The position numbers and the translations under genes were made by a program. Source: Candidatus Hydrogenedentota bacterium (GTDB lineage Bacteria; Hydrogenedentota; Hydrogenedentia; Hydrogenedentales; SLHB01). From it: a stretch of 14,389 nucleotides of DNA. This document shows, one piece after another, positions 1 through 7,684 of this stretch. The stretch is taken from positions 1 through 14,389 of the forward strand of contig BTWA01000066.1 in NCBI GenBank assembly GCA_045863295.1, in the 5' to 3' direction. The notes beneath the pieces are model-generated. The model made no database searches, was not told where the DNA came from, and was given only the letters and a program-made list of their open reading frames with translations. The first letter of the stretch is position 1, and the number at the start of each line of letters is the position of its first letter.

Positions 1-114
1 TTACTCCGGTTCTTGGTTTCCGTTGAGCCCTTCGCCAACTTTAAGTCCTTACATCGGGAGCAGAGCTTGTTGATGAGACCTGTTCCGCGTTGCCAATCCT
101 TTTTCTACCACAAC

Positions 115-287
115 TCAAAAAACATGAGGGTAAGCTGGGCTTCCTGGCCCTGGCCCAGCACAAGATTGACGTTCCTCCTGCGGCCTGGGGAACAGGATGG
201 TCACGAGCAATGAGGAAACCTCGATCTCTGGGCATGAATGAGGTTTGTCGTCCAGTAGGTAGAGCCATCGCCGGGCATCAGGGCGTG
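115..287 (-). pseudogene. C-terminal remnant of a small cupin-domain protein (copy 1)
   Basis: Reads HALMPG/(frameshift)WLYLLDDKPHSCPEIEVSSLLVTILFPRP. This matches the C-terminal pattern of small cupins (ELxAGQxLYLxxxxPHSLxxxEDSSLLLTIL) and resembles the stub at 6608-6775. No N-terminal half is present. Confidence 0.6.
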
Positions 288-290
288 CCG

Positions 291-384
291 CAGGCCGCGC
301 GGCCAGAGCCCGCCCACTATGATTCACAGGCCATCCGTCTCCGAAGGTGCTTCGTAGACGCGCTTGGCTCGGATGCAGGTACAT
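291..384 (-). pseudogene. N-terminal remnant of a YeaO-type (short DUF488) protein
   Basis: From 374 it reads IRAKRVYEAPSETDGL*IIVGGLWPRGL, versus the YeaO consensus IxIKRVYExxxxxDGxRILVDRLWPRG. There is an in-frame TGA at 324-326 where Arg (CGA) is expected. The ATG at 384 is out of frame. Confidence 0.75.
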
Positions 385-513
385 AGCTCTGTCCAGTTCC
401 TCTTTCGAACTCGATTGCAGGACAGGTGCGCATTGGCCTGTTGGTAGACACCGTCTTACGGGTATTGTCACCGTCATTTTCATACCAACCCTCTCGTAAG
501 GTTCGCCTGTGTC

Positions 514-3333
514 TTACGCCTGGGCGAGTAGTTGTTCGAGCACATACGGCAAGATTCCACCTGCCGAGAAGTAGGCGGCTTCGATCGGCGTATCAATCCG
601 CAACAGGAGTCGCACCGACTCGCGTCGGCCGCCCCGGCGCTCGATGTGCAAGTCCGCCAGCTGGCGCGGGCGCACAGGCTCACTCAGCGCGAGGTCGAGT
701 CGTTCGGTACCGTCGAGACCGAGGGTCTGTGCGTGCACGCCTTCCGGAAACTCGCAGGGGAGGACGCCCATCCCGATCAAATTCGATCGGTGAATCCGCT
801 CAAACCCCCGAGCTATCACCGCGCGCACACCGAGAAGTCGGGTGCCCTTGGCAGCCCAGTCTCGTGAGCTGCCCGCGCCGTACTCCTGTCCCGCGAAGAC
901 CACCAGGGGCACGCCGTCGGCTCGGTATCGTGCCGCAGCCTCATAGAAGGTCATGCGTTTGCCGCCGGGTTGGTGGAGGGTGACGCCGCCTTCGACGCCG
1001 GGAACCATGCGGTTTCGAATACGTACGTTGGCGAAGGTGCCGCGAACCATGACTTCGTGGTTGCCTCGGCGCGCGCCGTAGCTGTTGAAGTCCTGCACGG
1101 GGACGTCATGGTCGCGCAGGTACTCGCCGGCGGGCGTTTTGGCGCTGATCGCGCCGGCCGGGCTGATATGGTCGGTGGTGATGGAATCGTCGAAGATAGC
1201 CAGCGCGCGCGCGCCGGAGAAGGCCGCGCTGGAGGGCGCCGCCATCGAGGGATCGAAGTACGGCGGCTCGCGAATATAGAGCGACGCGGGATCCCAATCG
1301 TAGAGCAGCCCCGTCGTGATAGGTATCTGATTCCACGCGGGGTTCTGATTCGCGTAATCCGCATAGATGCGCCGGTATTCGACGGGATCGTAGGCGCTTG
1401 CAAGGAGCGCATCGATTTCCTGCATGGGTGGCCAGATGTCGCGCAGGTAGATATCGCGTCCGTCGACGGCTGTGATGGGCTCGCGCGTGAGATCGATGTC
1501 CACGCGGCCGGCAATGGCGAAGGCAACGACGAGCGGCGGACTCATGAGGAAGTTGGCCTTAACGCTTTGATGAATGCGCGCTTCGAAGTTCCGATTGCCC
1601 GACAGCACGCTTGCAGTAATGAGATCGTTTGCCGTGATGGTGTCCTCGAGTTCGCGGTCGAGGGGTCCGGAATTGCCGATGCAGGTCGTGCAGCCGAAGC
1701 CGACGACGTTGAAGCCCAGTTGATCAAGGTACGGCATAAGACCGGTCTTCGTGAGGTATTGGCTCACGGCGGGCGAACCGGGGGCGAGCGAGGTCTTCAC
1801 CCATGGTTTCACGGTGAGCCCGAGCTCGACGGCCTTCTTCGCGAGGAGCCCCGCGGCAAGCATCACCGCGGGGTTCGAAGTGTTGGTGCACGAGGTAATG
1901 GCCGCGATGACGACGTCGCCATGGGCGAGTTCGACGGCCGAGGCTGGGGCTACGGCTCGGTCCGACTGTTCGAGATGGTTCGGCGTGTGGCGGTTATTCA
2001 TCATCTCGCGCTCGGTCAGCGGGTTGGTTTCTTGTTCGCGCCCGTTCGGGCGCGTGTCTTCCGCTTGCTCGCCGCCGCCGGGCCGCGGCGCACCACCATT
2101 GCCGAGGTGTACACTCACGCGGCGCGCGGCATCCGGCTTTCCGTACGCTTCGGGGCTTGCCAGCAAGGTGAGAAATCGTTCCTTCAACTGGCTGAGCGCG
2201 ATCCGGTCCTGCGGACGCTTCGGTCCGGCAACGGACGGCTCGATCTCGGCGAGATTCACGTCCACCACCGTGGAATACTCACACTGGCCTTGTTCGGGGA
2301 TTCCGAACATTCCCTGGGCCTGGAAATAGCGCCGAACCGTTTCGACGTGATCGTCGGTGCGCCCTGTCGCTTGGAGATAGCGGCAAGTCTGCTCGTCAAC
2401 GGGGAAGTAACCGACGGTCGCGCCGTATTCGGGCGACATGTTTCCGAGCGTGGCCCGGTCGGGCACGGACAGGCTCGCGGCGCCCTCGCCATGATACTCG
2501 ACGAACTTGCCGACGACGTGTTCTTGCCGCAAGCGTTGCGTAATGTGCAGGACAAGGTCGGTGGCGGTCACGCCTTCGCGCAGGCGGCCGTTGAGATTCA
2601 CGCCGACGACGTCGGGCAGGAGTATGTGGATCGGTTGGCCGAGCATGGCTGCTTCGGCCTCGATGCCGCCGACGCCCCAACCGAGGATCCCGAGCCCGTT
2701 AACCATGGGCGTGTGCGAATCGGTGCCGACGAGGGTGTCGGGGTACATCACTCCGTCTCTCTGGAGGACGACTTGTGCGAGAAACTCGAGGTTCGCCTGA
2801 TGGCATATGCCGAATCCGGGGGGTACGATCCGCAGGCCGTCGAATGCCTCCTTTCCCCACTTGAGAAAGCGGTAGCGCTCGCGGTTGCGGTGGAACTCCA
2901 TCTCCATGTTGAGACGCGGGGCATCGTCGCGGCCGAAGTAATCGACCTGCACGGAGTGATCGATCACGAGATCGACGGGAACCAATGGCTGCACTCGCTC
3001 GACGTCAAGACCTCGGCGCGCCACCGCCGAGCGCATCGTGGCGAGATCGACGAGGAGTGGGACTCCAGTGAAATCCTGCAACAGTACGCGACCGACGACG
3101 AAAGGTACCTCCGCTGTGCGCGCGGCGCACGGCTGCCACTGGACGAGCGCTTCGACGTCCTCATCACGAATGCGGTGACCGTCCAGTCGGCGTAGCACCG
3201 ATTCAAGGAGGATACGGAGGCTCACCGGTAACCGCGAGATGGTCGCGACCCCTCTTTTCTCTAACTCGTGAAGTGAGTAGTATGTGGCGGAAGCTCCAGA
3301 GGGGAGCGACAATTGCCGGCGTACATCGATCAT
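514..3333 (-). CDS. acnA: Aconitate hydratase AcnA
   Basis: 939 aa with AcnA/IRP motifs [40 protein letters not shown] and [11 protein letters not shown] (three [4Fe-4S] Cys), [30 protein letters not shown] and [13 protein letters not shown]. An AGGGA SD-like sequence lies upstream. Confidence 0.97.
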   Translation of the reverse strand: MIDVRRQLSLPSGASATYYSLHELEKRGVATISRLPVSLRILLESVLRRLDGHRIRDEDVEALVQWQPCAARTAEVPFVVGRVLLQDFTGVPLLVDLATMRSAVARRGLDVERVQPLVPVDLVIDHSVQVDYFGRDDAPRLNMEMEFHRNRERYRFLKWGKEAFDGLRIVPPGFGICHQANLEFLAQVVLQRDGVMYPDTLVGTDSHTPMVNGLGILGWGVGGIEAEAAMLGQPIHILLPDVVGVNLNGRLREGVTATDLVLHITQRLRQEHVVGKFVEYHGEGAASLSVPDRATLGNMSPEYGATVGYFPVDEQTCRYLQATGRTDDHVETVRRYFQAQGMFGIPEQGQCEYSTVVDVNLAEIEPSVAGPKRPQDRIALSQLKERFLTLLASPEAYGKPDAARRVSVHLGNGGAPRPGGGEQAEDTRPNGREQETNPLTEREMMNNRHTPNHLEQSDRAVAPASAVELAHGDVVIAAITSCTNTSNPAVMLAAGLLAKKAVELGLTVKPWVKTSLAPGSPAVSQYLTKTGLMPYLDQLGFNVVGFGCTTCIGNSGPLDRELEDTITANDLITASVLSGNRNFEARIHQSVKANFLMSPPLVVAFAIAGRVDIDLTREPITAVDGRDIYLRDIWPPMQEIDALLASAYDPVEYRRIYADYANQNPAWNQIPITTGLLYDWDPASLYIREPPYFDPSMAAPSSAAFSGARALAIFDDSITTDHISPAGAISAKTPAGEYLRDHDVPVQDFNSYGARRGNHEVMVRGTFANVRIRNRMVPGVEGGVTLHQPGGKRMTFYEAAARYRADGVPLVVFAGQEYGAGSSRDWAAKGTRLLGVRAVIARGFERIHRSNLIGMGVLPCEFPEGVHAQTLGLDGTERLDLALSEPVRPRQLADLHIERRGGRRESVRLLLRIDTPIEAAYFSAGGILPYVLEQLLAQA

Positions 3334-3351
3334 GGCTATCCCTATCAGCGG

Positions 3352-4734
3352 CTATGTGTTTGAGAAGTATGCGATCTCGGTTATCGACTCCGCATCCTGA
3401 GAATCTGCTGATCCCTCGTTTGTCGCCGTTTCCTGACTTGTAGCTTTGTTCCGCTGAAACGGCAGGGGGGCGTCGCCGGTAATTAAGCGGGCTGCACGAT
3501 TCCAGGTAAAATAGTTCCATGCCCATTGGAGAAGGATCAACAAGCGGTTCTGGAACGCAACAATATACATGAGGTGGACGAAAAGCCAGGCGAGCCAAGC
3601 GTGAAACCCGGAGAGTCTCAGCGGACCGATCATTGCTACTGCCCGAGCGCGGCCGATCGTCGCCATAGTACCGTAATCGTGGTAATGAAAGGATGGCAGT
3701 GCTTTCCCCAGCAAACGACTCCGGATCACGCTGGCAACATAGTGCCCCTCCTGCATCGCCACGGGAGCTACGCCGGGAAGTGGTGCGTCAATCTGGTGCA
3801 TGTAACTAGCCAGATCGCCGATCACGAAAACTTCTGGATAGCCGGGTATTGAAAGGTCCGGCATCACCGGCACCCGCCCCTGTCGATCAACAGGAATGCT
3901 CGCCGCGTCACCAAGCAACTGACCCAGCGGTGAGGCGCGCGTACCAGCGCTCCACAATATGGTTCTTGTGGAAATAGTCTCGGTTTGGCCACCCGTGCGA
4001 AAGGTGACGGCGTCCGGCCGGATGTCACTGACCAAAACACCGGTACGAACAGTTACGCACATTTTTTCCAAATGAGCTTTCGCCTTGCTGGAGAGCTCGG
4101 CCGGATAGGAGGGTAGGATCCGCTCCTGCCCCTCCAGCAATATAATCCGCGAATCACGTGGATTGATCGACCGGAATTCGTTCCGTAGGGTGCAGCAGGC
4201 AATTTCCGCTAGAGCCCCGACCAACTCGACGCCCGTCGGACCGCCTCCCACAACGACGAAAGTCAGCCACTGCTGAATCCTTTGTGGATCGGTTTCTCGT
4301 TCCGCGATCTCGAAAGCCAAGAGAATCCGCTGCCGAATCTTGGTGGCATCTTCCACAGTTTTCAGCGCCGGTGCCCATTGCTCCCAGTCCGCATGACCAA
4401 AGAAGAAGCTTTCGGAGCCGGCCGCGACGACAAGCGAGTCGTAAGGAACGTTTCCGTCCGTCATCAGCACGCGGCGTTTGCTCAGGTCGAAGCCCGAGAC
4501 CTCGGCCATGAGCACTCGAGCATTCTTCTGACGCTTCAAAACAGACCGGAGTGGTGCTGCGATATTTGCCGGCGAGAGCCCTCCAGTGGCCACTTGATAC
4601 AACAGTGGCTGGAACAGGTGAAAGTTTCGGCGGTCGATCACGGTGACCTGCACGGGTGTTCGCCTCAGTGATTGTACCGTATACAACCCGCCGAATCCGC
4701 CACCAACAACTACAACTTTATGCGGGCGCTCCAT
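3352..4734 (-). CDS. ndh: Type II NADH:quinone oxidoreductase (NDH-2 family FAD-dependent oxidoreductase)
   Basis: Two Rossmann motifs (VVVVGGGFGG and VVVGGGPTGVE), FQPLLYQVATG, VFVIGD, the quinone-site motif APVAMQEG, and a C-terminal amphipathic segment WLAWLFVHLMYI. It ends 18 bp before the acnA start, so co-transcription is likely. Confidence 0.9.
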   Translation of the reverse strand: MERPHKVVVVGGGFGGLYTVQSLRRTPVQVTVIDRRNFHLFQPLLYQVATGGLSPANIAAPLRSVLKRQKNARVLMAEVSGFDLSKRRVLMTDGNVPYDSLVVAAGSESFFFGHADWEQWAPALKTVEDATKIRQRILLAFEIAERETDPQRIQQWLTFVVVGGGPTGVELVGALAEIACCTLRNEFRSINPRDSRIILLEGQERILPSYPAELSSKAKAHLEKMCVTVRTGVLVSDIRPDAVTFRTGGQTETISTRTILWSAGTRASPLGQLLGDAASIPVDRQGRVPVMPDLSIPGYPEVFVIGDLASYMHQIDAPLPGVAPVAMQEGHYVASVIRSRLLGKALPSFHYHDYGTMATIGRARAVAMIGPLRLSGFHAWLAWLFVHLMYIVAFQNRLLILLQWAWNYFTWNRAARLITGDAPLPFQRNKATSQETATNEGSADSQDAESITEIAYFSNT

Positions 4735-4738
4735 CGGT

Positions 4739-4744
4739 CCTCCT
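4739..4744 (-). promoter_or_regulatory. Shine-Dalgarno site of ndh
   Basis: AGGAGG on the minus strand, 4 nt upstream of the ATG at 4734. Confidence 0.7.
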
Positions 4745-4759
4745 ATCAGGAAACGTACA

Positions 4760-4885
4760 ATGGGCGATCAGGAAGGCGCTCGATATTTCGAAGAACTCGA
4801 CGATCTTCCTGAAGTGGTCAAGCAACTCAAAGAGTATGAGCATCACGGGACAGCGACGCTAGTGTACGGCACAAAGCACTGGTAA
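4760..4885 (+). pseudogene. C-terminal remnant of a YeaO-type (short DUF488) protein
   Basis: From 4781 it reads RYFEELDDLPEVVKQLKEYEHHGTATLVYGTK, versus the YeaO pattern RYxxELxxxxExxxxLxxxxxxGxVTLxYxAKD. It lacks the N-terminal half and the final NxAxxL segment. Confidence 0.65.
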
Positions 4886-4953
4886 CCGGCCTGCAGAAGA
4901 CGCCGTACCATGTTGGTTTCCATCCAGCCCAGCCCAATCATTTCGAGTTGCAT
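4843..4953 (-). pseudogene. gnd: N-terminal remnant of decarboxylating 6-phosphogluconate dehydrogenase (short YqeC/GntZ-type)
   Basis: MQLEMIGLGWMETNMVRRLLQAGYQCFV versus the consensus MQLGMIGLGRMGANMVRRLLxxGHxCVVYD. An intact SD (GAAAGGA) precedes the ATG at 4953. The Rossmann GxGxMG motif is degraded and similarity ends near 4872. Confidence 0.85.
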
Positions 4954-4998
4954 AGGGTGGTCCTTTCGCAAAGCCTTCGCGCGTGCCCGGCGCGACGC

Positions 4999-6633
4999 TC
5001 AGATATTGGCCAGATCGCCAAAGTATTCGTGGTCCTCGGCAAAGCCGCCTTCTCCCTCGCCGATCGACTGAACATCCTCGACGAACTCGATCTCCTTGAT
5101 CCACTTGACCATCTTGAAGCCGAGCTGATTCTCGACACGCAACCGTAAAGGGGCCCCATGAAGATGATTGAGCGACTGGTAATTCATCTCGTACGCCAGC
5201 AATGTTTGAGAGTTCAACGCGTTCGCGATCGAGAGGTTGTCGTAGTATTGAACACCCGAGACGCCCTTATGGAGCGCGACCCCCTCGCCAAACGAACGGA
5301 AGACAATTGCCTTCGCGTTGTGCTTCGGCCGGACGAGTTTGATTAGCTCCGCCATAGGCAAACCACCCCAAGCCGCGATGCCCGACCAGCCCTGGATGCA
5401 GTGGTGCAACGTGATCTGCTCCTTCTTGCCCATTGCCCGTAGGTCGTCCAGCGACAGTTCGACCGGGTTCTCCACCAGGCCCGATACTTTCAGTCGGTAC
5501 TCTTTGAAGTTGTCGGCGGCAAGCGTGATCCATTCCTCGCAGGTAGGTACCTTGCCGTTGGCCCAGAGGAATGGAGAGATATCCTCGCGGCGAAACTCGG
5601 CCCGTGGAGCGGTACGGTCGAGAAGGAACGACATCACCGGCGCGACAATCACCTTGGCCACATGCTGCACCAGCCTCGGATGGCGCCACGCTGACCAGTT
5701 GGCCAGCGCGTTCACTAACACAATGACGCCCACTCCCATAAGACCGAGGTACACGCCGGTCAAGCTGGCGTCGTCGGTGCCCACGACGATATGGTTCATG
5801 TTACGGATAAACCCGGTCATCGCTACCATGATTACATGGCCCACGAGAAAGATGACGAAGGCACACATGATGAGGAAATGCAGCGAGCGACCGATCTGCC
5901 GATTGCCGGGTACCTTCGGATACCATTTGAACCGGGCCGTAAATGCGGGCGACATCGAGGGACCGGTCAGGATTGCCAGCGGTGCCAGGATAAACACCAC
6001 TCCGAAGTATGTCAGTTGCTGGAGGGCGTTGTACTGGTAGAAGCCATTCGGCTCCGGCGGCAAGTGGAAGGTGGCATAGTGGACGAAGACCGCCCAGGCG
6101 TCGGGGACGATTTGCCAGGAGTTGGGTACCAGGCGCTTCCACTGGTCGGTCGCGAACAGCAGGATCACGAAGAGTAGGCCATTGCCCACCCAGAACAGAA
6201 CGCTGAGAAAGTGCCAGTGCCGGGCCATGCCAATGGTGTGTCGATAACCGGGCAGACCAACCCATGGGCTAAGGTGACGGGAGTCATCTTTGGCTGTCCA
6301 AACGCGGTCTTTAGGTACTTCGATCGGTGTCAGCCGAAGCCATTCCGTACCCGGCGTACTGTGGGGGTTCCAGTATAGCCGCGGATGGTCCGCGAGGATT
6401 TGCAGGCCGCTACGGACTAGCAGGACCAGGAATAGAAAGTTGATGTAGTGGGTAATGCGCAGCCAAATCGGAAAACCGTGAGGCTCCACCACCGCTTCGC
6501 GAATCGTCGGGACGCTGGGCGACAGCGACGGAAGACCGAACATGCCCCACTGGACATAGGCCGCGATAACGAGGGCCAAGAATGGCCCTAGAAGCAATAA
6601 CAGTGTCTTAAGCCTGATGTGCACGATGATCAC
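4999..6633 (-). CDS. Fused cytochrome b (HyaC/FdnI-like) membrane domain plus sulfite-oxidase-family molybdopterin oxidoreductase domain
   Basis: About six hydrophobic segments with four candidate heme-ligand His (RITHYIN, ARHWHFLS, GRSLHFL, LVGHVIMV). The C-terminal Mo domain carries LKVSGLVENP, HHCIQGWS (Mo-ligand Cys), LLAYEMN, HGAPLRL and GFKMVKW. The GTG start is uncertain. Confidence 0.88.
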   Translation of the reverse strand: MIIVHIRLKTLLLLLGPFLALVIAAYVQWGMFGLPSLSPSVPTIREAVVEPHGFPIWLRITHYINFLFLVLLVRSGLQILADHPRLYWNPHSTPGTEWLRLTPIEVPKDRVWTAKDDSRHLSPWVGLPGYRHTIGMARHWHFLSVLFWVGNGLLFVILLFATDQWKRLVPNSWQIVPDAWAVFVHYATFHLPPEPNGFYQYNALQQLTYFGVVFILAPLAILTGPSMSPAFTARFKWYPKVPGNRQIGRSLHFLIMCAFVIFLVGHVIMVAMTGFIRNMNHIVVGTDDASLTGVYLGLMGVGVIVLVNALANWSAWRHPRLVQHVAKVIVAPVMSFLLDRTAPRAEFRREDISPFLWANGKVPTCEEWITLAADNFKEYRLKVSGLVENPVELSLDDLRAMGKKEQITLHHCIQGWSGIAAWGGLPMAELIKLVRPKHNAKAIVFRSFGEGVALHKGVSGVQYYDNLSIANALNSQTLLAYEMNYQSLNHLHGAPLRLRVENQLGFKMVKWIKEIEFVEDVQSIGEGEGGFAEDHEYFGDLANI

Positions 6634-6775
6634 GAGCCTTTCGGGGCAAGATCGTCAAGAGTACGGATGCGTCTTCAATGCCCTGAAGTGAAAGAAGCGC
6701 ATCATCGGTTAGGTAGAGCACTTGGCCCGCTCTCAATTCAAGCATCATGTCGCTTTCGGTGCGGGCACGGCCTCA
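6608..6775 (-). pseudogene. C-terminal remnant of a small cupin-domain protein (copy 2)
   Basis: 6748-6608 reads MMLELRAGQVLYLTDDALLSLQGIEDASVLLTILPRKARDHRAHQA*. Upstream, TGA GGC CGT resembles a frameshifted (L)EGR motif. The PHS His is lost. It overlaps the start of the Mo-oxidoreductase gene. Confidence 0.65.
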
Positions 6776-6803
6776 GCGTAAGGAGCTTGGCGAGCAACCA
6801 GCC

Positions 6804-6954
6804 TTATGCCACTAGACCGTTAATGTCGTCGGCGGGAGCAACGTCGTTGGTAACGATTAACCTCAGTCCACGTGAACCGACCAAGACTCTCAGTATAGTC
6901 CGTCCGAATCCCGCCAAGACCATTTTTCTTTACCCTGAATATCTTCTGACTCAT
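6804..6954 (-). pseudogene. gap: N-terminal remnant of type I glyceraldehyde-3-phosphate dehydrogenase
   Basis: Reads MSQKIFRVKKNGLGGI (one extra base at about 6906) GRTILRVLVGSRGLRLIVTNDVAPADDINGLVA*, versus GAPDH RVAINGLGRIGRxxLR...LVAVNDxxPADNxAYLLxYD. The TAA falls where Tyr is expected. Confidence 0.7.
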
Positions 6955-7228
6955 TCCTTATATCGGTGACAACATTCGCGGACAGGATTTTATGCCGAGG
7001 CAGTAGATTCCCACACAGCATTATGCGCATGCGTTTCCGCGCAAGCCGTGTTTCTCAAGTTCAGTATATCCGCGGGTGTTCTCCTCATCATCTACGGCCA
7101 GAAGCGAGAAACCCGTGCTAAGGCCGACCAGCAAGTCCGGGACGACATGTCGAGCTAATAATTTGGAGGTTGAGTGCCAAAAGCTTGCACTGCATTTCGA
7201 TCGACTTTGGTTTGTTTTTGAGGAGTAG

Positions 7229-7399
7229 TCCAAGCTTGTCCAGCAGGATGGCGAGGTGGGTCTCAGGGCGGCAGCCCGCGCGGCCGAAGGCGAGGCGGGG
7301 AGTATCGTAAAAGCCATTGATGCTGATGTGACCGATTTCATGGGAGGAAATACCATCGCCGACGACGTCACTATTGTGGTTGCGAAATCAATTGTGTGA
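7229..7399 (+). pseudogene. C-terminal remnant of a PP2C/SpoIIE (RsbU-like) phosphatase
   Basis: DGEVGLRAAARAAEGEAGSIVKAIDADVTDFMGGNTIADDVTIVVAKSIV* matches the SpoIIE tail GExRL...AxxIxxAIxxxVxxFxGxxxxxDDxTxVVxK. There is an in-frame TAG at 7226-7228 and no upstream catalytic motifs. Confidence 0.7.
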
Positions 7400-7684
7400 A
7401 CCTTAAATGCTCGACACCTGCAAGCTGACCTGGGCCCGACCCTCAACAAGCAACTTTCCAGGTTCTATGGCAACCAGAACAACTGTGGACCCAGGCAATC
7501 TGGGACATTACCACGAATGCTTGCGCCGTTCGTACTCGCGCTTACGCGCATCGTGCCCTTGGGACGCACTTTGCACCGTCGTTCTATTCGCAGCATTTTC
7601 CAAGACGGTCTACCGTCTTACGGACCTCGCTTGTCAATCCTGGCGAACTGCATGTCGATGGATCGAACAAAAGTCTCGGCTGCG

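Noticed and set aside
115..483. 122-aa minus ORF with an SD-like GAGAGGG upstream, taken as a real gene
   Set aside because: Its middle overlaps the yeaO stub in another frame and its end is the cupin stub, so it looks like a chance chimera. The first 30 or so codons remain unassigned.
970..3195. 741-aa plus-strand ORF
   Set aside because: It is the codon-register antisense shadow of GC-rich acnA and has no recognisable motifs.
6970..7158. Possible plus-strand lipoprotein signal peptidase (LspA) tail (DRI..Y.E.VD...SISAGVLLIIYG)
   Set aside because: It needs a frameshift and lacks the diagnostic FNxAD motif, so it is too weak to call without a search.
7602..7619. Hairpin as the terminator of the P450 gene
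   Set aside because: It has a 7-bp stem with no U-tract on either strand.
450..7623. Identical 12-mer ACCGTCTTACGG at 450-461 and 7612-7623, each downstream of a gene
   Set aside because: Several 12-mer matches are expected by chance in 14 kb, and the flanks do not align convincingly.
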